NCBI GenBank assembly: GCA_965198225.1
Contig: CBDAOY010000006.1
Location: forward strand, 96,001-160,000
DNA: 64,000 bases
Direction: 5' to 3'
DNA from: Terriglobia bacterium
GTDB taxonomy: Bacteria > Acidobacteriota > Terriglobia > 20CM-2-55-15
The position numbers and the translations under genes are program-made. The notes below the pieces were generated by a model. The model ran no database searches. It had not been told where the DNA came from and was given only the letters and a program-made list of their open reading frames with translations. Below, in pieces: positions 60,664 to 64,000 of the stretch. Positions within the stretch are counted from its first letter, which is position 1. Each line of letters opens with the position of its first letter.

Positions 60664-62601
60664 CTAGTTTGTCTGCCCTCCGGAGAGGCCGATGCGGGCA
60701 AGCATCTGTTGGTACCGCGGGTCCGAACGGAGTTTTTCATACTCGGGCGCCACCTTTAGCCAGGCCAGATAACGAGAGTGCTGCGGGAAAGCCTCCTCCA
60801 GCCGCTCAAATGCCAAATCGGTCTCGTCCAGCCCCGCGTAGATGTAACCGATCAAGGCAGGGGAAACGTATCTTCTCTGCCGACACGCAGAAAGCCCCGC
60901 GTAGATGTAACCGATCAAGGCAGGGGAAACGTATCTTCTCTTTTCTAGTTCCTCCAACCGCGACACAACTTCGAGGGCCTCAGATCTTTGGCCGGAAAGA
61001 GCATGGGCGTATCCAAGGGACGCAAGCGACACGGTATTCCCGTCCGAAAGCGCAACCGCCTGACGAAACTCGTCGATGGCCTCCCGATAGCTGCCCTGTT
61101 CACGGTAGTAGTTCCCCAGGGCCCAGTGGGCCCCCCAGAAATCATTGTCGAACTCGAGAGCTTCTTCGATCCACCGTAGCGCTTCCTGGCTGCGACCCGC
61201 GTGAAGGAGTTGCAGTCCCAAGTTGACATTGGCCTGTAGCGAAAGCGGATCCAAGTCACGCCCCATCTCTGCCTGAATCACAGCCTCTTCAAACCGCCCC
61301 ATGGCCTCCAGAAAGATGCTGTACCATTGGCGCCCAGTGGAAAGACTCGGATTCAGGTCAATAGCCTTCCGGAAGGCTCTATCAGCAGCCGAGAAATCCC
61401 AATCGTACTTCAGCGCCACCATCCCCAAAACCGCATGGGCTTCAGCCTGCGTATCGTCCAACTCCAAGGCCTTCATCGCCGCCACTCTGGCCCTCGGCAT
61501 TGCGTCACTGGGAGGCAGGATCTCCAAACCGTGACCGGCAAGCAGGCAGTAGCAGCTGGCCAATCCTGCATGAGCAGATGCATAGTTCGTATCGATTTCG
61601 ATTGCTTCTTGAAAGTAACGGATGCTTGTCCTGAAGCTCTCCTCGGAGTGCCTGGCACGAAAATACCGTCCCTTCAGGTAGGCCTCGTAGGCCGCCGGAT
61701 CGGTGTAAGGTTCGCTCGGCCCCGCCGGGGAAGAAGACAGCCCCTCAATTGCCAGAGAGTTCGCGACGCGCCTGGCGACCGTCCTCTGCAGGGCAAGCAT
61801 ATTCTGTCGCTCACCTTCGAACACCTCGGACCAAAGATGCGTTTCATCTCCGACATCGATAAATTGGGTTGTTATTCTCATACGCTCGTCCTCGCGCCGA
61901 ACGCTGCCCTCTAACACGTAATCCACTTGCAACTCCCGACCAATCTGCTCGACGCCCTTCTGAGTCCCTTTGTATGGCATCACGGAGGTACGCGCGATTA
62001 CCCCAAGGCGCTCGGGGTTCAGTTTGCCTAATTCCGCGGTGACCTCTTCGGTGAACCCATCGCTGAAATACTCCTGCTCCGGGTCTCCAGTGAAATTGTC
62101 AAATGGGAGCACGGCGATTCTGACTTGGGTCGGAAGCACTTCGTCGGTGCCCTGAAAGCTCTTCAGGACAAAATAACCCGCCAGAATGGCAAAGAGAAAA
62201 GCCCCAACTCCGACTTTGACCCTGAGCGGCAGGGTCGGCCTCGACCGCCCTTCTGCTTGGCCTACGCTTTCGACGGGCGCGATAAAACGATAGCCCCGAA
62301 GTGGGACGGTCTCTACGAAGCGCGGAACGTCCGAAGCGTCATGGAGTGCCTGCCTGATCTTGTTGATAGCGATATTTAACCGGTGATTGAGATCGGCAAA
62401 TTTTTCTCCGGGCCACAATTTTTCTCGAATTTCCTCTCGGGTGACCAATTCTCCCGGTCGCTCCACCAGTAGCGTCAAAAGTTCGAGGGGTTGATTTTGG
62501 AGGCTGATCCGGATGCCTCGCTTGCGCAACTCTCCCGAGCGAGGATCCAACTCAAAATCGCCAAACCGGAGGACCTGTTGGGAAGCAGCCGATGCGTTCA
62601 C
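60664..62601 (-). CDS. OmpR/CadC-type wHTH + TM + TolB-like + TPR regulator
   Basis: LRFGDFELD...ETVPLRGYRF, IAVLPFDN...YFSDG, TPRs; internal 63-bp in-frame duplication. Confidence 0.9.
   Translation of the reverse strand: MNASAASQQVLRFGDFELDPRSGELRKRGIRISLQNQPLELLTLLVERPGELVTREEIREKLWPGEKFADLNHRLNIAINKIRQALHDASDVPRFVETVPLRGYRFIAPVESVGQAEGRSRPTLPLRVKVGVGAFLFAILAGYFVLKSFQGTDEVLPTQVRIAVLPFDNFTGDPEQEYFSDGFTEEVTAELGKLNPERLGVIARTSVMPYKGTQKGVEQIGRELQVDYVLEGSVRREDERMRITTQFIDVGDETHLWSEVFEGERQNMLALQRTVARRVANSLAIEGLSSSPAGPSEPYTDPAAYEAYLKGRYFRARHSEESFRTSIRYFQEAIEIDTNYASAHAGLASCYCLLAGHGLEILPPSDAMPRARVAAMKALELDDTQAEAHAVLGMVALKYDWDFSAADRAFRKAIDLNPSLSTGRQWYSIFLEAMGRFEEAVIQAEMGRDLDPLSLQANVNLGLQLLHAGRSQEALRWIEEALEFDNDFWGAHWALGNYYREQGSYREAIDEFRQAVALSDGNTVSLASLGYAHALSGQRSEALEVVSRLEELEKRRYVSPALIGYIYAGLSACRQRRYVSPALIGYIYAGLDETDLAFERLEEAFPQHSRYLAWLKVAPEYEKLRSDPRYQQMLARIGLSGGQTN
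60830..60941. repeat. Exact 49-bp direct repeat with 14-bp spacer inside a CDS
   Basis: 60830-60878 equals 60893-60941. Confidence 0.95.
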
Positions 62602-62719
62602 TAGGATTTGACTTTACTACAGCCCGCATCAGATTTGAACACTTGAACACTCCTGGAAACTACGCGTGACTCCACCCCCTAAGTAGCCAAATAACAGCTA
62701 TTTAACAGGAGACTTGAAA

Positions 62720-62775
62720 TTGACCCCAAGTTGACCTCGAGTGGATTGACCCGTCAGCGGGACGGCGTCGAGAAT
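62720..62775 (+). promoter_or_regulatory. TTGACC direct repeats and putative promoter
   Basis: TTGACC at 62720, 62731, 62746; the last is 18 bp from GAGAAT. Confidence 0.5.
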
Positions 62776-62828
62776 GGCGCGATACCGCGAAACATGGAAG
62801 TCAACCAAACCGCAAAAGGAGAAAAATC

Positions 62829-63317
62829 GTGAACCGATTCATGAATCACATCGCTCGCCCTCTAACCGTGGGTCTCGTTGCCACCCTGTTCCTCTTCTTT
62901 GCTTCAGCTCCGTCAGCGGCGGAGCCGGCAACCCGGGCTCAGGCAGCTATGGAGAAGTCGCTCTACGAACGGCTTGGCGGCTACAGAGCCATCTCGGCGG
63001 TGGTGAACCAGTTCGCCGAGAAGCTCTTCGCCGATCCGCAAGTCGGGTCCTTTTTCAAGGGAATGGGCACCGACACCCGGAAGTCGTTCATCCAGAAGAA
63101 CATCAATTTGGTCTGCAACGTCACGGGTGGGCCGTGCAAGATCATCAGCAGAGCTGCCAAAACCGTTCACGCCGGGCTGGGCATCACGGAAACAGAGTTC
63201 AAAATCGTTGAGGACCACTTGGTGGATACCCTGAACGCTTTCAAGGTACCCGCCAAGGAGAAGCAGGAATTGCTCGCGATCATCAACACGCTCAAGCCGG
63301 ACATCGTCGGGCCCTGA
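62829..63317 (+). CDS. Group I truncated hemoglobin with signal peptide
   Basis: SLYERLGG, TGGP, proximal His in VHAGLGIT, hydrophobic leader. Confidence 0.9.
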   Translation: MNRFMNHIARPLTVGLVATLFLFFASAPSAAEPATRAQAAMEKSLYERLGGYRAISAVVNQFAEKLFADPQVGSFFKGMGTDTRKSFIQKNINLVCNVTGGPCKIISRAAKTVHAGLGITETEFKIVEDHLVDTLNAFKVPAKEKQELLAIINTLKPDIVGP

Positions 63318-63426
63318 GGAACCGATGGATCTACCTAATCTATACCGTCTGGTGCGCGGTGGGCGTCTGTGTCCAGTTAGACAACGCCAGCCATCACAAC
63401 AATCTTCACTTGAAGGGAGATATGTC

Positions 63427-64000
63427 ATGTCGAGTATTCCGCAAGCGTCCGTGAAACGGGCCCTCGCGCTGACGTTCGCGCCGGTTCTCGTGGCGGGAGT
63501 CGTTCTCGCGGCGACCGCAGCCCTGCCCGTGCCACAATCTGAGGATTATCCAAAACCGACTTTTGCCGCTGACGGCAAGTTGATTCGTCCAGACCTCAGC
63601 TATCGGGAATGGGTCTATGTGGGCACGCCGCTGACTCCCAATGAACTGAACCCGCCAGAGGCCCCGTTCCCGGAGTTCCACAATGTTTACATCCACCCGG
63701 ACGATTTCGATCACTACAGCCGGACCGGCGAGTTCCCGGACGGAACGGTAATCGTTAAAGAGTTGGTGACCGTCGGGTCGACTCAGGCGGTGAGCGGGCG
63801 TGGCTATTTTATGGGCGAGTACGGGACTGGAGTTCACCATCAAGGACGCCGAGCGGTTCCCCGACGAGCCCGGGAATTGGGCCTACTTCAGTTTCGGCCA
63901 TGAGTACCCCCTGGCGGACACATCAGCCGCGTTTCCCACTGCCGCCTGCAACGCCTGCCACGAGTCGAGTGCGGCGGACGATTTCGTCTTTACCCAGTAC
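63427..64000 (+). pseudogene. Cytochrome P460 family protein, frameshifted near 63820-63823, 3'-truncated by window edge
   Basis: YREWVYVG, FHNVY, GTVIVKE, GYFMGE, then GLE...KD...GNWAYF...CNACH in the shifted frame. Confidence 0.85.

Larger units (their letters stand above)
46451..64000. mobile_element. Putative tRNA-Val-anchored genomic island (decayed; right end not seen)
   Basis: Integrase remnant abutting the tRNA 3' end, several pseudogenes, accessory cargo, no copies of repeat families A/B or the MITE, visibly more AT-rich stretches. Confidence 0.7.

Overview
GC-rich bacterial chromosome segment, most likely Acidobacteriota. This is an inference from gene content (MacB-type permease, [14 protein letters not shown]-type Ser/Thr kinase, wHTH-TolB-TPR regulator) and gene order. 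Bases 1-46450 are mostly housekeeping: hemE-hemH-hemY-lpxD-fbp, pdxJ, tyrS, the de novo purine cluster, rlmN, dprA (frameshifted)-topA-trmFO-xerC, rplU-rpmA-obgE-nadD-rsfS-rlmH, ggt, comF, lpxC and polA. The intergenic spaces hold several repeat families: GTAG REP/REPIN doublets, a second palindrome family, a ~262-bp MITE and inverted heptamer/octamer arrays. After tRNA-Val(GAC) (46377-46450) lies a partly decayed island with a truncated tyrosine integrase; it carries redox/stress and signalling genes and appears to continue to the right edge. Best leads: (1) a Fur-box-preceded two-gene operon encoding a 4-TM His/Glu membrane protein and a secreted triple helix-hairpin-helix protein; (2) a PilB/GspE ATPase with a cNMP-binding domain in place of the c-di-GMP-binding MshEN motif; (3) an RclR-like two-Cys AraC regulator divergent from a BON-DM13-MsrQ operon lacking msrP; (4) an unassigned ~115-nt structured RNA with alternative pairings ahead of the purine cluster; (5) a signal-peptide truncated hemoglobin plus cytochrome P460 operon. 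All family calls come from recognising motifs by eye; no database searches were run.
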